The position numbers and the translations under genes were made by a program. Shown piece by piece: positions 1 to 9,813 of a stretch of DNA of 64,000 bases (within the stretch, counting starts at the first letter, position 1; each line of letters begins with the position of its first letter). Below the pieces are notes generated by a model. It worked only from the letters and a program-made list of their open reading frames with translations, was not told where the DNA came from and did not search any database. This stretch comes from an uncultured Candidatus Binatia bacterium (lineage in GTDB: Bacteria; Desulfobacterota; Binatia; Bin18), in NCBI GenBank assembly GCA_965214605.1, contig OZ243961.1, forward strand, positions 3,200,001 through 3,264,000, given 5' to 3'.

Positions 1-539
1 GTGTCTGGGCTGTTGGCGGCTAAACGAATCGGGGGATGCGGCTTCTGGAGCGGCTTTGGTACAACCGACAGGTCTTCGGTCTGGTAGTAACGGCCTTGAT
101 ACGAAAACGATTCCTGGGTCCAGGCTTTGAGCATGACGTCAAGCGCTTCTTCAAAGCGCTCGCGGCTCTCTTCCTGAGGCACGTTATAGCCTAGGTAATG
201 GATCGGCGCGGTGCCTCTGCCCACGCCGAGTTCGAGCCGTCCGCCGCTTAGTACGTCTGCCGTGGCCGCCTCTTCGGCGATTTTGATCGGATTGTGTAAG
301 GGCAGCAGGGTCACCGCCGTGCCGAGACGAATCCGTTGGGTGCGCTGAGCAGCGGCGGCCAGGATCATCAATGGCGAGGCCGAAATAGACGAGCGCCGCC
401 CAAAGTGCAGCTCTCCCAACCATACCGTGTCAAAACCGACCCGGTCGCCCACCTCAATCTGAGTCAGGATGTCCTGAAAGCGGTGCTGCTCGGACTGTGT
501 GTCATCACACGGCAGTTGATCAAAAAATCCAAAACGCAT
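1..539 (-). CDS. LLM class flavin-dependent oxidoreductase (luciferase-like), runs off window edge
   Basis: Not in the ORF track. Manual translation gives MRFGFFDQLP...VWLGELHF...RIRLGTAVTLLPLHNPIKIAEEAATADVLSGGRLELGVGRG...PKPLQKPHPP; AAGGAGG RBS upstream. Confidence 0.9.
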   Translation of the reverse strand, partial: MRFGFFDQLPCDDTQSEQHRFQDILTQIEVGDRVGFDTVWLGELHFGRRSSISASPLMILAAAAQRTQRIRLGTAVTLLPLHNPIKIAEEAATADVLSGGRLELGVGRGTAPIHYLGYNVPQEESRERFEEALDVMLKAWTQESFSYQGRYYQTEDLSVVPKPLQKPHPPIRLAANSPD

Positions 540-581
540 ACCCCCTCCTTTTTGAGAGCCACAACGCTGCCGTCCGTAGTC

Positions 582-1760
582 CTAGGCCGGAATGGTCACG
601 GGTTTCACTCCCTGCTCCAGGCTGCCTTTGCCCGATACAAAATCGTGCAGATGTTGGAGACCGGTCAAAAAGCGGGCCAGATTCTGCGGCGCAGGAACGA
701 GCGGTACCATGCTCAAGGCGTACAGCGCCTTGTAGAAACTCTCGCGTTGTTGCCAGTTCTGGTTCATGTCGCAGATCGGCCGCGCCCAGGGAGCGGTTTT
801 AAGCAGCCGCATCAGCTGTTGCAACAGGACTCTGTCGCCAAGGGCCTGGAGCTGGCGGTCTTCGGTGTGGATGGTGAAGCGAAAGGCCGGACCGGTGCAC
901 GGGTCGTCGTGCTCGGGCACGACCGAGAACAGCCCGAGCCGCAGGGCTGACAACTCGGCCGACAACCAGCTGGTGAACTTGGCAATATCAATGGCAAAAT
1001 CGCCCCTGCCAATCCCCAACGGGGCGAGGGGGTCGATCAGGACAAGCTGTGGGCGGGGCTGGCCGATGCTCGGCCCATAGACCAGGATATTATCCGGATA
1101 CAGATCGCCGTGGACCTTGCGGACGATCTGGGGGCGGAGTTGTCGGCCGAGGGAGGCGTTGGCCTTGAGGGCCTCCAAGAGGAGAAAAATATTGGCCAGG
1201 GGCGTGCCGTTTATGGTGACGCGAGGTGCGGTCATGAGCCGAGAAAACGCCGGGAGATCGGACAGTCGGTAGGCGTAATTCTCAAGCAGGCCAATGAGCT
1301 TATCTGGGTAGGCGGCGGTTTCTTCGGGGTAGGTGACCGAAAAAATCTCATCGAACATTATCTCCAGGACGTGGCTGATCAGCGCCAGCTCTTGCCCGCG
1401 GTCGAGCTGGTGGCTGAGGATGAGGTCGGACAACACCGCCCAACCCTCGCCAAAATACGGCATGTCATAAAAAACCGGATGTCCGTTCTCGGTGTGTTTA
1501 CAGCTGCGCAAGACCTGCGGGAAATAGTGATGCACCGCAGGCGGGACGTCTTCGAGCCAGGCGATCTCTGCCGGCAGGCTGCCGCTGATCTCGGGCTTGG
1601 TCTGTTTGCGGACGATTGTTCCCCACCGCTCGTCGGTCAATAAAAACAGACGCTCGCTGTATCCCTCGCGCAACAGTTGCACACCCCCCTCCAAGGTCCG
1701 GTCAGATACCGAAAAGGTGAACGCTGATGGCCGCCTCATCAAGAAGACCCCATCGTCCAC
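582..1760 (-). CDS. Phosphotransferase, APH/choline kinase-like fold
   Basis: Brenner motif HGDLYPDNIL, LIDP and DIAK; start codon uncertain. Confidence 0.7.
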   Translation of the reverse strand: MDDGVFLMRRPSAFTFSVSDRTLEGGVQLLREGYSERLFLLTDERWGTIVRKQTKPEISGSLPAEIAWLEDVPPAVHHYFPQVLRSCKHTENGHPVFYDMPYFGEGWAVLSDLILSHQLDRGQELALISHVLEIMFDEIFSVTYPEETAAYPDKLIGLLENYAYRLSDLPAFSRLMTAPRVTINGTPLANIFLLLEALKANASLGRQLRPQIVRKVHGDLYPDNILVYGPSIGQPRPQLVLIDPLAPLGIGRGDFAIDIAKFTSWLSAELSALRLGLFSVVPEHDDPCTGPAFRFTIHTEDRQLQALGDRVLLQQLMRLLKTAPWARPICDMNQNWQQRESFYKALYALSMVPLVPAPQNLARFLTGLQHLHDFVSGKGSLEQGVKPVTIPA

Positions 1761-1877
1761 CTTCTCCGGCCAGTCCTATTCCTGTTTGGTGTGGACTGTC
1801 AAGACAAGCCCCCCAGAGGGTTGGGCGTAAAAAGCGCCCGCGCTTTCCTCTTGAGATGCGGGCCTCCAGACAGCGCG

Positions 1878-2510
1878 CTAGGCCTTGGCGCTCGGCCGAG
1901 ACGATACCGCCTCATACCAGCGCTTGATATTGGCGTGCTCGGCCGGGATTTCCAGCTTCAGCATCTTGGTGGTCACATCCATCACACACAGTGCCGTGAT
2001 ATCGGCAATCGTGTACTTGCTGCCGGCCACGTACTCAGTTTCGGCCAGCCGTTGCTCAAGACGATCGTAGAAGCGCTTGACGCCGGCCGTCCCGCGCTCG
2101 ACCAACTCGGGGATTGCGGCCACGTTGCTGAGGCCGGGTAAACCGCGCTTTTTAAACGGCGGGAAGGAGTTGCGCAGCGTCTCGCCGGCAGAGGCGAGTC
2201 CGTCAAATTCCACATGGCGCTGCCATGACTCAACCACGGCTTTGTTCAGACCCGGCTCGCCCATCAGATTTGGCTCAGGCTGGATTTCTTCGATATAGCG
2301 GCAGATCGCAACCGTCTCATCCAACAGCGTCCCGTCGTCGAGTTCAAGGACGGGCAGCAGACCACGCGGGTTGATCTTGAGGTAGTCGGGCTTGAGGTTT
2401 TCGCCGTCAATAATGCTGACCTCGACCTTGGGAATGTCGAGGCCCTTTTCGGCTAAAAAGATCCGAACCCGGCGCGGATTGGGCGCCATCTGACAATCGT
2501 ACAACTTCAT
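1878..2510 (-). CDS. Glutathione S-transferase family protein
   Basis: APNPRRVRIFLAEKG, NPRGLLPVLELDDG, YTIADIT; GGAGG RBS. Confidence 0.92.
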   Translation of the reverse strand: MKLYDCQMAPNPRRVRIFLAEKGLDIPKVEVSIIDGENLKPDYLKINPRGLLPVLELDDGTLLDETVAICRYIEEIQPEPNLMGEPGLNKAVVESWQRHVEFDGLASAGETLRNSFPPFKKRGLPGLSNVAAIPELVERGTAGVKRFYDRLEQRLAETEYVAGSKYTIADITALCVMDVTTKMLKLEIPAEHANIKRWYEAVSSRPSAKA

Positions 2511-2641
2511 ACTGACCTCCTGATACAGAGATTAGCCCGGCACTCTAGCAGTCGTAGAGCGGCATGCAAGTCTCCCGGTGTTGGCCTTTGCCGGCCGATG
2601 GGCTAGCCTACGGAATCAACTTTTGTTTTGAGAGGCGACTT

Positions 2642-3454
2642 ATGGAATACAAAGACATCCACGTTGAGGTTCACGACGCCGTTGCCACCGTTACGCTCAA
2701 CCGTCCCCAAAAACTCAACGCCTACACCAATCTGATGGGTGATGAGCTGACCCATGCCTATGAGTCTCTTGGCAAACGCGGCGATGTGCGGGTGATTATG
2801 ATGACCGGCGCGGGCCGCGGTTTCTGTGCCGGGGCGGATGTTGGTGGGGTGTTTCAGAAAGGCATTGAGGGGCGGGAGCAGGACGGCGCGGCCGAGGCAG
2901 CCCGAGGTGGGGCGATTGCCCACCCCCGCTCCGGCCTTCAGTATGCGATCCGCAACTGTCCCAAGCCGACACTGGCCGTCATTAACGGCGCAGCGGTCGG
3001 TATCGGTCTCACTCTAACCCTGATCCAGGACATCCGCATCATGGCTCAAGAGGCCAGCCTCGGGGCGATTTTTGCCAAAATGGGACTGATGCCCGAGCTG
3101 GGCTCGACCTTTATGCTTCCCCGTCTGATCGGCCTGTCCAAAGCGCTGGAACTGGTCTACACGGCGCGTATGGTCAAAGCCGAGGAAGCGCTTGCTATGG
3201 GTTTGGTTAACCGCGTCGTGCCGACTGAGGATTTAATGGCAGCGGCACGGGAGATGGCCGCTCAGCTGGTATCCCTGCCGCCACTGGCCTTAGCCGTTTC
3301 CAAACGAGCCCTGCAGCAGGGGGCCGAAAATGACTTTGACGCCGCGGTCCAGACCGAGACCTTTGGGCTCGAATACTTGTTCAAGACCCAGGACCATAAA
3401 GAGGCGGTTGCGGCTTTTTTGGAAAAACGGGAGCCCACCTTTCAGGGCAAATAA
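2642..3454 (+). CDS. Enoyl-CoA hydratase/isomerase family protein
   Basis: TLNRPQKLNA, GRGFCAGAD, INGAAVGIG, FLEKREPTF; ATG at 2642 after GAGG. Confidence 0.92.
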   Translation: MEYKDIHVEVHDAVATVTLNRPQKLNAYTNLMGDELTHAYESLGKRGDVRVIMMTGAGRGFCAGADVGGVFQKGIEGREQDGAAEAARGGAIAHPRSGLQYAIRNCPKPTLAVINGAAVGIGLTLTLIQDIRIMAQEASLGAIFAKMGLMPELGSTFMLPRLIGLSKALELVYTARMVKAEEALAMGLVNRVVPTEDLMAAAREMAAQLVSLPPLALAVSKRALQQGAENDFDAAVQTETFGLEYLFKTQDHKEAVAAFLEKREPTFQGK

Positions 3455-3463
3455 CGCCCGCCC

Positions 3464-4267
3464 CTACAGTCCGAGCACGTCCTTCATCGTGTACAGGCCC
3501 GCGGCCTGATTCGGCAGCCAGGCCGCGGCCCGCAGCGCGCCCCGGGCCAAACACTCCCGGCTCTGGGAGCGGTGAATCAGCTCTAGCCGCTCGCCAAAGC
3601 CGGCAAACAGCACGGTATGATCTCCGACCACATCTCCCCCGCGTAACGCCTGCACGCCGATTTCCTCATCGGTGCGTTGACCGGTGATGCCGTGTCGGCT
3701 GAAACGCCCCTGCTGGTCAAAATCCTTGCCCTGAGCCTCGGCAATCGCCCGGCCAAGGGCCAGGGCCGTTCCGCTCGGTGCATCGATTTTATAGCGGTGA
3801 TGGATCTCGATGACCTCAGGATCAAAACCGTCCTGCAGGATACGTGCCGCGTCTGAGACGAGCTTGAGCAAGACGTTGACCCCCACACTCATATTTGGCG
3901 CGATAATCGTCCGCGTCCGGGGGCCTAGCTGCTCGGCTTCGACGCGTTGGTCGGCCGACAGACCGGTGGTCCCAATGGCAATCGCCGCGCCACTAGCGGC
4001 GGCGGTCCGCAAATGGTCCAGGGCGGCATCGGCAACGGTGAAGTCTAAGGCCACCGTGTCCGCTTGGGCGACCGCCGCGTAATCGTCCACAACACTGACG
4101 CCAAGCCTCCCCACCCCGGCCACTTCTCCGGCATCGGTACCGACTGCCGGGTGGCCGGCCTCCTCAACCGCGCCCACGAGCCGCAATTCGGCATGATCAT
4201 AGATCAGGCTGACCAGCAGCCTGCCCATGCGCCCGGCTGCCCCGCAGACAACGACATTTCCCGCCAT
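3464..4267 (-). CDS. dapB: 4-hydroxy-tetrahydrodipicolinate reductase
   Basis: GAAGRMG, EIHHRYKIDAPSGTA, RGGDVVGDH. Confidence 0.97.
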   Translation of the reverse strand: MAGNVVVCGAAGRMGRLLVSLIYDHAELRLVGAVEEAGHPAVGTDAGEVAGVGRLGVSVVDDYAAVAQADTVALDFTVADAALDHLRTAAASGAAIAIGTTGLSADQRVEAEQLGPRTRTIIAPNMSVGVNVLLKLVSDAARILQDGFDPEVIEIHHRYKIDAPSGTALALGRAIAEAQGKDFDQQGRFSRHGITGQRTDEEIGVQALRGGDVVGDHTVLFAGFGERLELIHRSQSRECLARGALRAAAWLPNQAAGLYTMKDVLGL

Positions 4268-4279
4268 GCGCGTGTCCCC

Positions 4280-5158
4280 CTAATTCAGACAGCCGGCGTC
4301 TTTGAGCGCGGCGGTCAGCTTGGCCAGGTTCCCCTCGGCCATGGGCACGAGGGGCAGGCGCAGCTCCCGTTCGCACTTGCCCATCAGGGCCAGGGCCGTT
4401 TTGATCGGAATGGGGTTGGTTTCGAGAAAGACGGCCCGGATGAGCGGCACCAGTTTGAGTTGGAGGGCTGAGGCCGTGTCCCAGTCCTTGGCCAGGCCGG
4501 CGTTAACCACCGCGGCCATTTGCTCGGGAGCAACATTGGCAACCGTACTAATCACGCCTTTTCCGCCCAGCGCCATCATGGAGAAGGTCAGCGCGTCTTC
4601 GCCGGACAGCACGGCGAGCTTTTCTCCACACGCGAGCCGAATATTGATGACTTGGTCGATTGATCCGGTGGCTTCTTTGACCCCGACGATATTGCCAAGC
4701 TCGGCCATACGGGCCATGGTTGCAGGCTCGATATTTGAGCCCGTGCGGCCCGGAATATTATAGAAAATGATCGGAAAGCCGAGCACGGCCTGGGCGACTT
4801 CTCTATAGTGCTGATAAATCCCTTCCTGGGTGGGTCGGTTATAGTAGGGCGAGATCATGAGAGCCCCGTCGGCCCCAGCCTCCTGGGCTTCGCGGGTCAG
4901 ACGAATCGCCTCGGCGGTGGAGTTGGAACCCGTGCCGGCAATAACCGGCACCCGTTTGTTGACGACGTCGACCGTTAGTTTGACCACCTGGGTATGTTCT
5001 TCGTGCGACAGGGTGGCCGATTCGCCGGTTGTGCCGCACGGCACAATACCGTGTGTCCCGCTCTTGATCTGCCATTCAATCATGTCGGCCAGCGCCTGTT
5101 CGTCAACCCGACCGTTCTTGAAGGGCGTAACCTGTGCAACAAATGAGCCCGCAAACAT
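4280..5158 (-). CDS. dapA: 4-hydroxy-tetrahydrodipicolinate synthase
   Basis: GTTGESATL, YNIPGRTG, GVKEATG, ETNPIPIK. Confidence 0.97.
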   Translation of the reverse strand: MFAGSFVAQVTPFKNGRVDEQALADMIEWQIKSGTHGIVPCGTTGESATLSHEEHTQVVKLTVDVVNKRVPVIAGTGSNSTAEAIRLTREAQEAGADGALMISPYYNRPTQEGIYQHYREVAQAVLGFPIIFYNIPGRTGSNIEPATMARMAELGNIVGVKEATGSIDQVINIRLACGEKLAVLSGEDALTFSMMALGGKGVISTVANVAPEQMAAVVNAGLAKDWDTASALQLKLVPLIRAVFLETNPIPIKTALALMGKCERELRLPLVPMAEGNLAKLTAALKDAGCLN

Positions 5159-5231
5159 AAAGCCTCCGGATAGTAATGGGGAACGATTGGTGAACGCGGT
5201 TACCTAAAAGCGTACAAGACTTCCGTGGATC

Positions 5232-6068
5232 CTAAACCTCGATCGTGCCTTCAAACACTTCTTCGGCGGTGCCGGTCATATAGACGTGTTGATCGTCTGC
5301 CCGCCATTCAACTTCCAGCTCTCCTCCACGGAGATGGACGGTGAGGCGCCGCTCGGCCCGGTTGGTGAGCATGGCGGCGACAGCGGCCGCGCAGGCACCG
5401 GTGCCGCACGCCCAGGTCTCTCCAGACCCGCGCTCCCAGACCCGCATGTTCAACTCGGTGGGACTGATGATGTGGATAAATTCGGTATTGATCCGGTCGG
5501 GAAAGAGCGGATGATGCTCGAACTTGGGTCCGATCGTTTCCAATGCCAAGGGCTCGACATCCTCAACAAAGGTCACACAGTGGGGATTGCCCATGGACAC
5601 ACAGGTGACCTGGTACGAGACCCCGTCAACCGTCAAGGGCTGATCGATCATCTGGCCGGGGCTAGCCAGCGGAATCTGGCGACCGTCCAGAATCGGCTCT
5701 CCCATATCGACCGTCACTCGGGCGACCGTGTTGTCTTCAAGCTCCAGAAAGAGGACTTTGAGCCCGGAGTCGGTATCGATATGCAGGGGATTATCGTGTG
5801 ACAGGCCGTGGTCGTAGACATATTTGCCCACACACCGAATTCCGTTACCGCACATAGACCCCCGACTCCCGTCGGCGTTGTACATCTCCATGCGGGCGTG
5901 GGCGGTAGGGGAGGGACAGATGAGGATGAGCCCATCGCCCCCAATGCCGGTCCGCCGGTCGCTCAGGCGTTGGGCAAGGGCTGCCGGATCGGCGACCTCG
6001 GTCGAGAACGTATTCACATACACATAATCGTTACTGATTCCGTGCATCTTGGTAAAAGGCAGTCTCAT
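5232..6068 (-). CDS. dapF: Diaminopimelate epimerase
   Basis: FTKMHG, MCGNGIRC, SMGNPHC, ERGSGETWACGTGACA; start placed at MRLPF. Confidence 0.97.
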   Translation of the reverse strand: MRLPFTKMHGISNDYVYVNTFSTEVADPAALAQRLSDRRTGIGGDGLILICPSPTAHARMEMYNADGSRGSMCGNGIRCVGKYVYDHGLSHDNPLHIDTDSGLKVLFLELEDNTVARVTVDMGEPILDGRQIPLASPGQMIDQPLTVDGVSYQVTCVSMGNPHCVTFVEDVEPLALETIGPKFEHHPLFPDRINTEFIHIISPTELNMRVWERGSGETWACGTGACAAAVAAMLTNRAERRLTVHLRGGELEVEWRADDQHVYMTGTAEEVFEGTIEV

Positions 6069-6154
6069 CGCAGGGCTCCCCAATTGAGTTCCCTTTGCAC
6101 CCGAGGGGTTCGCTCCGTCAAGCCGGTTCTCAGCAGCACTCAGACTCAGGCGTA

Positions 6155-6673
6155 TCACGACCCTACCTGCCAGACGTGCTGGACCATGTTCGAGGGGATA
6201 CTATAGTCCCCGTCTAATGTAAACGCCTGGATGCGGTACTGATAGCGGGTCCCTGCCTTGAGCTGCTTGTCGGTAAAACGGAAGCGTTGTGTCTGGCGAA
6301 AACGGGTCCCGTCTTCGACCGAAATAGTGGCCAGCGGACTGAACTCACCGAGGCGCCCGTCTTTGGGCTGGACCGCACGCAGTACCACAAAGCCGCCGAG
6401 GTCGTCTATTGAGCGGCCGTCGGCATAGGTCTCGGGCCGGCCCCAGCGCAGCTCAATGCCGCTATCGCCGACCGTCAGCCTCAGGTCTTCGATGGCCCGA
6501 GGGACCACAAACTCGGGCGGATAGATCGGGGCCTTGTGTCCGCACGCGGCGACGAGGCACCCGGTCAGCACCCAGACGCTGCGGCTGAGAATGCCGCGCC
6601 GAGTGATCTGCAATGAGGGCAGCGCCGGCCTCGCCTCTGCTGCCAAAATGGCGACTGCAGAACGAACCGTCAC
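6155..6673 (-). CDS. Putative lipoprotein with fibronectin type III-like domain
   Basis: Lipobox VAACG followed by HKAPIYPP; beta-rich domain ending YQYRIQAF...SIPSN; usual position between argH and dapF. True start probably downstream. Confidence 0.65.
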   Translation of the reverse strand: MTVRSAVAILAAEARPALPSLQITRRGILSRSVWVLTGCLVAACGHKAPIYPPEFVVPRAIEDLRLTVGDSGIELRWGRPETYADGRSIDDLGGFVVLRAVQPKDGRLGEFSPLATISVEDGTRFRQTQRFRFTDKQLKAGTRYQYRIQAFTLDGDYSIPSNMVQHVWQVGS

Positions 6674-6676
6674 CTG

Positions 6677-8068
6677 TTACCCCCCGATCTCTTCTAAGCG
6701 TTTGTGGACATTAGCCCGCGCGGTGCCGCCGGCCGAGCGGCGGCGATCCACCGCTGCCTCCAAGCTCAGGCGGGGCAGCAGATCGGGTGCAAACACCGGC
6801 GAGAAGGTCTGCCATTCTGCAAGGGAGAGCTGCTCCAGCCCAAGGTTCTCGGACAGGCAGTGACGCACGACCCGAGCCACAATTTCGTGCGCTTTTCGAA
6901 ACGGGACGCCCCGTTCAACCAAATAGTCGGCCACATCGGTGGCCAGGGTAAAACCGCCCAGGGCCGCGGCCTCCATCCGGTCGGTCCGAAAGACGATCTG
7001 GCCGAGCATGGCCTCTAGCACGCTGAGCATGCTTTTGATGGTATCGACCGTATCAAAGAGCGGCTCCTTGTCCTCCTGGAGGTCCCTATTATAGGCCAGC
7101 GGTAAGCCCTTGAGCGTGGTCAGCAGAGCAAACAGGTTGCCGTAGACTCTGCCCGTCTTGCCCCGAATGATTTCGGGCACGTCGGGATTCTTCTTTTGGG
7201 GCATCATCGAGCTGCCGGTGGCAAATGCGTCCGGCAGCTCGATGAACTGAAACTCACTGCTGGCCCACAGGACCAACTCCTCGGCAAACCGACTCAGGTG
7301 CATGCTGATTATCGCGCTGACCGACAGAAACTCGACCAAAAAATCCCGGTCGGCCACGGTATCAAGACTGTTCGTGCTGACCCGGGCAAAGCCAAGCAGG
7401 CGGGCCACATAGGCCCGGTCGATCGGCAGGCTGGTCCCGGCGAGGGCGCCGGCCCCGAGCGGCAGGACATTGATCCGGTGCTGGCACTCCTGCAGGCGCT
7501 CGGCGTCGCGCTCCAGCATGTCATAATAGGCCAGCAGGTGATGGGCGAGCAGCACTGGCTGGGCACGCTGCAGGTGGGTATAGCCCGGCATGACCGCGTC
7601 TCGGTGCTGTTTGGCCAACCGGGCTAGGCGTTTTTGCAGCGCGGTCAGCAGCTTGTGGATAGTCTTGGTCTCTTCACGCAGATACAGGCGGACGTCTAAC
7701 AGGACCTGGTCATTCCGACTCCGGGCGGTGTGGAGCTTGCCGCCGAGGAGACCGATTTTTTCGGTTAAACGGCGTTCAACCGCCATGTGGATATCTTCGT
7801 CCGAGGCCAGAAACGGAAACCGGTCCTGCTCAATCTCATGCTGGACCCGCTCCAGACCCTTGCGGATTTTTTCTCCTTCGGCCTGGGTCAGCAGCTTTTG
7901 TTTGACTAACATACGGCAGTGCGCCTGGCTGCCCTGGATGTCGTAGAGGGCTAGACGCCGATCAAACGCCAGCGAGGAGGTGAAAGCCTCCATCCTCGGA
8001 TCGGCCGTCCCTTCAAAACGTCCTGCCCAGGCTTTTGTCCCGGGGTGCGTCTTGGCCTTGTGTTTCAT
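6677..8068 (-). CDS. argH: Argininosuccinate lyase
   Basis: HTARSRNDQV, PGYTHLQRAQP, GSSMMPQKKNPD, YNRDLQEDK. Confidence 0.98.
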   Translation of the reverse strand: MKHKAKTHPGTKAWAGRFEGTADPRMEAFTSSLAFDRRLALYDIQGSQAHCRMLVKQKLLTQAEGEKIRKGLERVQHEIEQDRFPFLASDEDIHMAVERRLTEKIGLLGGKLHTARSRNDQVLLDVRLYLREETKTIHKLLTALQKRLARLAKQHRDAVMPGYTHLQRAQPVLLAHHLLAYYDMLERDAERLQECQHRINVLPLGAGALAGTSLPIDRAYVARLLGFARVSTNSLDTVADRDFLVEFLSVSAIISMHLSRFAEELVLWASSEFQFIELPDAFATGSSMMPQKKNPDVPEIIRGKTGRVYGNLFALLTTLKGLPLAYNRDLQEDKEPLFDTVDTIKSMLSVLEAMLGQIVFRTDRMEAAALGGFTLATDVADYLVERGVPFRKAHEIVARVVRHCLSENLGLEQLSLAEWQTFSPVFAPDLLPRLSLEAAVDRRRSAGGTARANVHKRLEEIGG

Positions 8069-8086
8069 AGCCAGCCGACGGCGGTG

Positions 8087-9286
8087 TCAGTGCTGGGCTA
8101 ACGCTCGCAACCGCAGCCGCAGCGCGTTAATCCGAATAAACCCCTCGGCATCGGCCTGGCGGTAGTCTCCGCCCGCCTCAAACGTCGCGACTTCCGGATT
8201 GTAGAGCGTTTTGTCCGAGCGGCGACCAACAACAATCACGTTGCCCTTATAGAGTTTGAGGCGCACCGTGCCGGTGACGTTTGTCTGCGACTCGTCAATT
8301 GCCGCCTGCAACATCTCGCGCTCCGGGGCGAACCAGTAGCCGTAGTAGACCATCTCGGCGTAGCGCGGGACGAGGGAATCGCGCAGGTGGAGCGCTTCGC
8401 GGTCGAGCGTCAGCGATTCAACCGCCTGGTGGGCGAGGTGGAGAATCGTCCCGCCCGGGGTTTCGTACACGCCGCGTGATTTCATACCGACGTAGCGGTT
8501 TTCGACTAGGTCAATCCGCCCGATGCCGTGTTTGCCGCCGAGTTCATTGAGCCTGGCCAAGAGCCTGGCCGGCGAGAGGGGTTGACCGTTGACCGCGGTC
8601 GGATTGCCGGACCGAAAATCGATCTCAATATACTCCGGCGTATCGGGCGCCTGCTCGGGCGAGACCGACAGGATAAACATGTCCTCGTAGGGTTCCTGCC
8701 ACGGGTCTTCGAGGATACCGCCCTCAAAGCTGAGGTGGAGCAGGTTGCGGTCGGTACTGTAGGGCTTTTCCGCGGTAACGGTGATGGGGATGGCGTATTG
8801 ATCGGCATACGCGATCAGCTCCGTGCGCGAGTTCATATCCCATTCCCGCCACGGTGCAATCACCTGAATATGTGGCTCTAGGGCGTAGTAGGTCAGCTCA
8901 AAGCGAACCTGGTCGTTGCCCTTGCCGGTTGCGCCGTGTGAGACTGCCTGGGCGTCTTCCTGGCGGGCAATTTCGATTTGGCGTTTCGCGATCAGCGGCC
9001 GGGCGATCGAGGTGCCGAGCAGATAACCGCCCTCATAGAAGGCGTTGGCCCGAAACATGGGGAAGACAAAGTCACGCACGAACTCTTCGCGTAGGTCGTC
9101 GATGTAGATCTTGCTCGCCCCGACCTGTTTGGCCTTGTCCTCAACCGGGGCGAGTTCTTCGCCCTGACCGAGGTCCGCACAAAAGGCGATGACCTCGCAC
9201 CCATAGGTCTCAATCAACCAGCGGAGGATGACCGAGGTGTCTAGACCGCCACTGTACGCCAGAACCACTTTTTTTACATCTCCCAC
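8087..9286 (-). CDS. argG: Argininosuccinate synthase
   Basis: [36 protein letters not shown]; GTG start at 9286 inferred. Confidence 0.97.
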   Translation of the reverse strand: MGDVKKVVLAYSGGLDTSVILRWLIETYGCEVIAFCADLGQGEELAPVEDKAKQVGASKIYIDDLREEFVRDFVFPMFRANAFYEGGYLLGTSIARPLIAKRQIEIARQEDAQAVSHGATGKGNDQVRFELTYYALEPHIQVIAPWREWDMNSRTELIAYADQYAIPITVTAEKPYSTDRNLLHLSFEGGILEDPWQEPYEDMFILSVSPEQAPDTPEYIEIDFRSGNPTAVNGQPLSPARLLARLNELGGKHGIGRIDLVENRYVGMKSRGVYETPGGTILHLAHQAVESLTLDREALHLRDSLVPRYAEMVYYGYWFAPEREMLQAAIDESQTNVTGTVRLKLYKGNVIVVGRRSDKTLYNPEVATFEAGGDYRQADAEGFIRINALRLRLRALAQH

Positions 9287-9813
9287 AGCAAAACACCTGC
9301 CAACAGCTGTCAATGACGCCTGGTCTCCAGCCAGAGAAAACACATCATTGAGAACTTCTCAAAAAGTGCGGGCAGCCTACCATGCCGCCACAGGCAAAAC
9401 AACGGAGCGGGGGCGTCCTACTCCTTCGGCCTCGTTGCTCAGAGGCTATTTTGACAACACCCCCCAATAGGCTTTGGCCTGCCGTCAGGCGAGCTCCTTC
9501 CCTGTGTTTTTTCAGAAGAGCGAAGCCGTTCGCCCCTGAAGCGCAAAGGGGGTGCGCTTTGAGCCCCTCCCGGATTGGAGATGCTTATCCACTTTGCGGG
9601 AAATTGGCGCTGACGCATTGAACGTGATCTGTGCCGGAGTACTGAGGGAGAGGCCGCCTGTTTGGGCGTACAAGCCGAAGCTTGGAAATATGTCTCTGAG
9701 AAGCAAAACTTGCGAACAAAACCGTTTTCGTGTCGCATGCCCCTTTATATCGGTTCCCGCTCTTCGTCACTGTCACCCCGGCTCCGATGGGGACCGTGCC
9801 CTTGGGACAGCGT

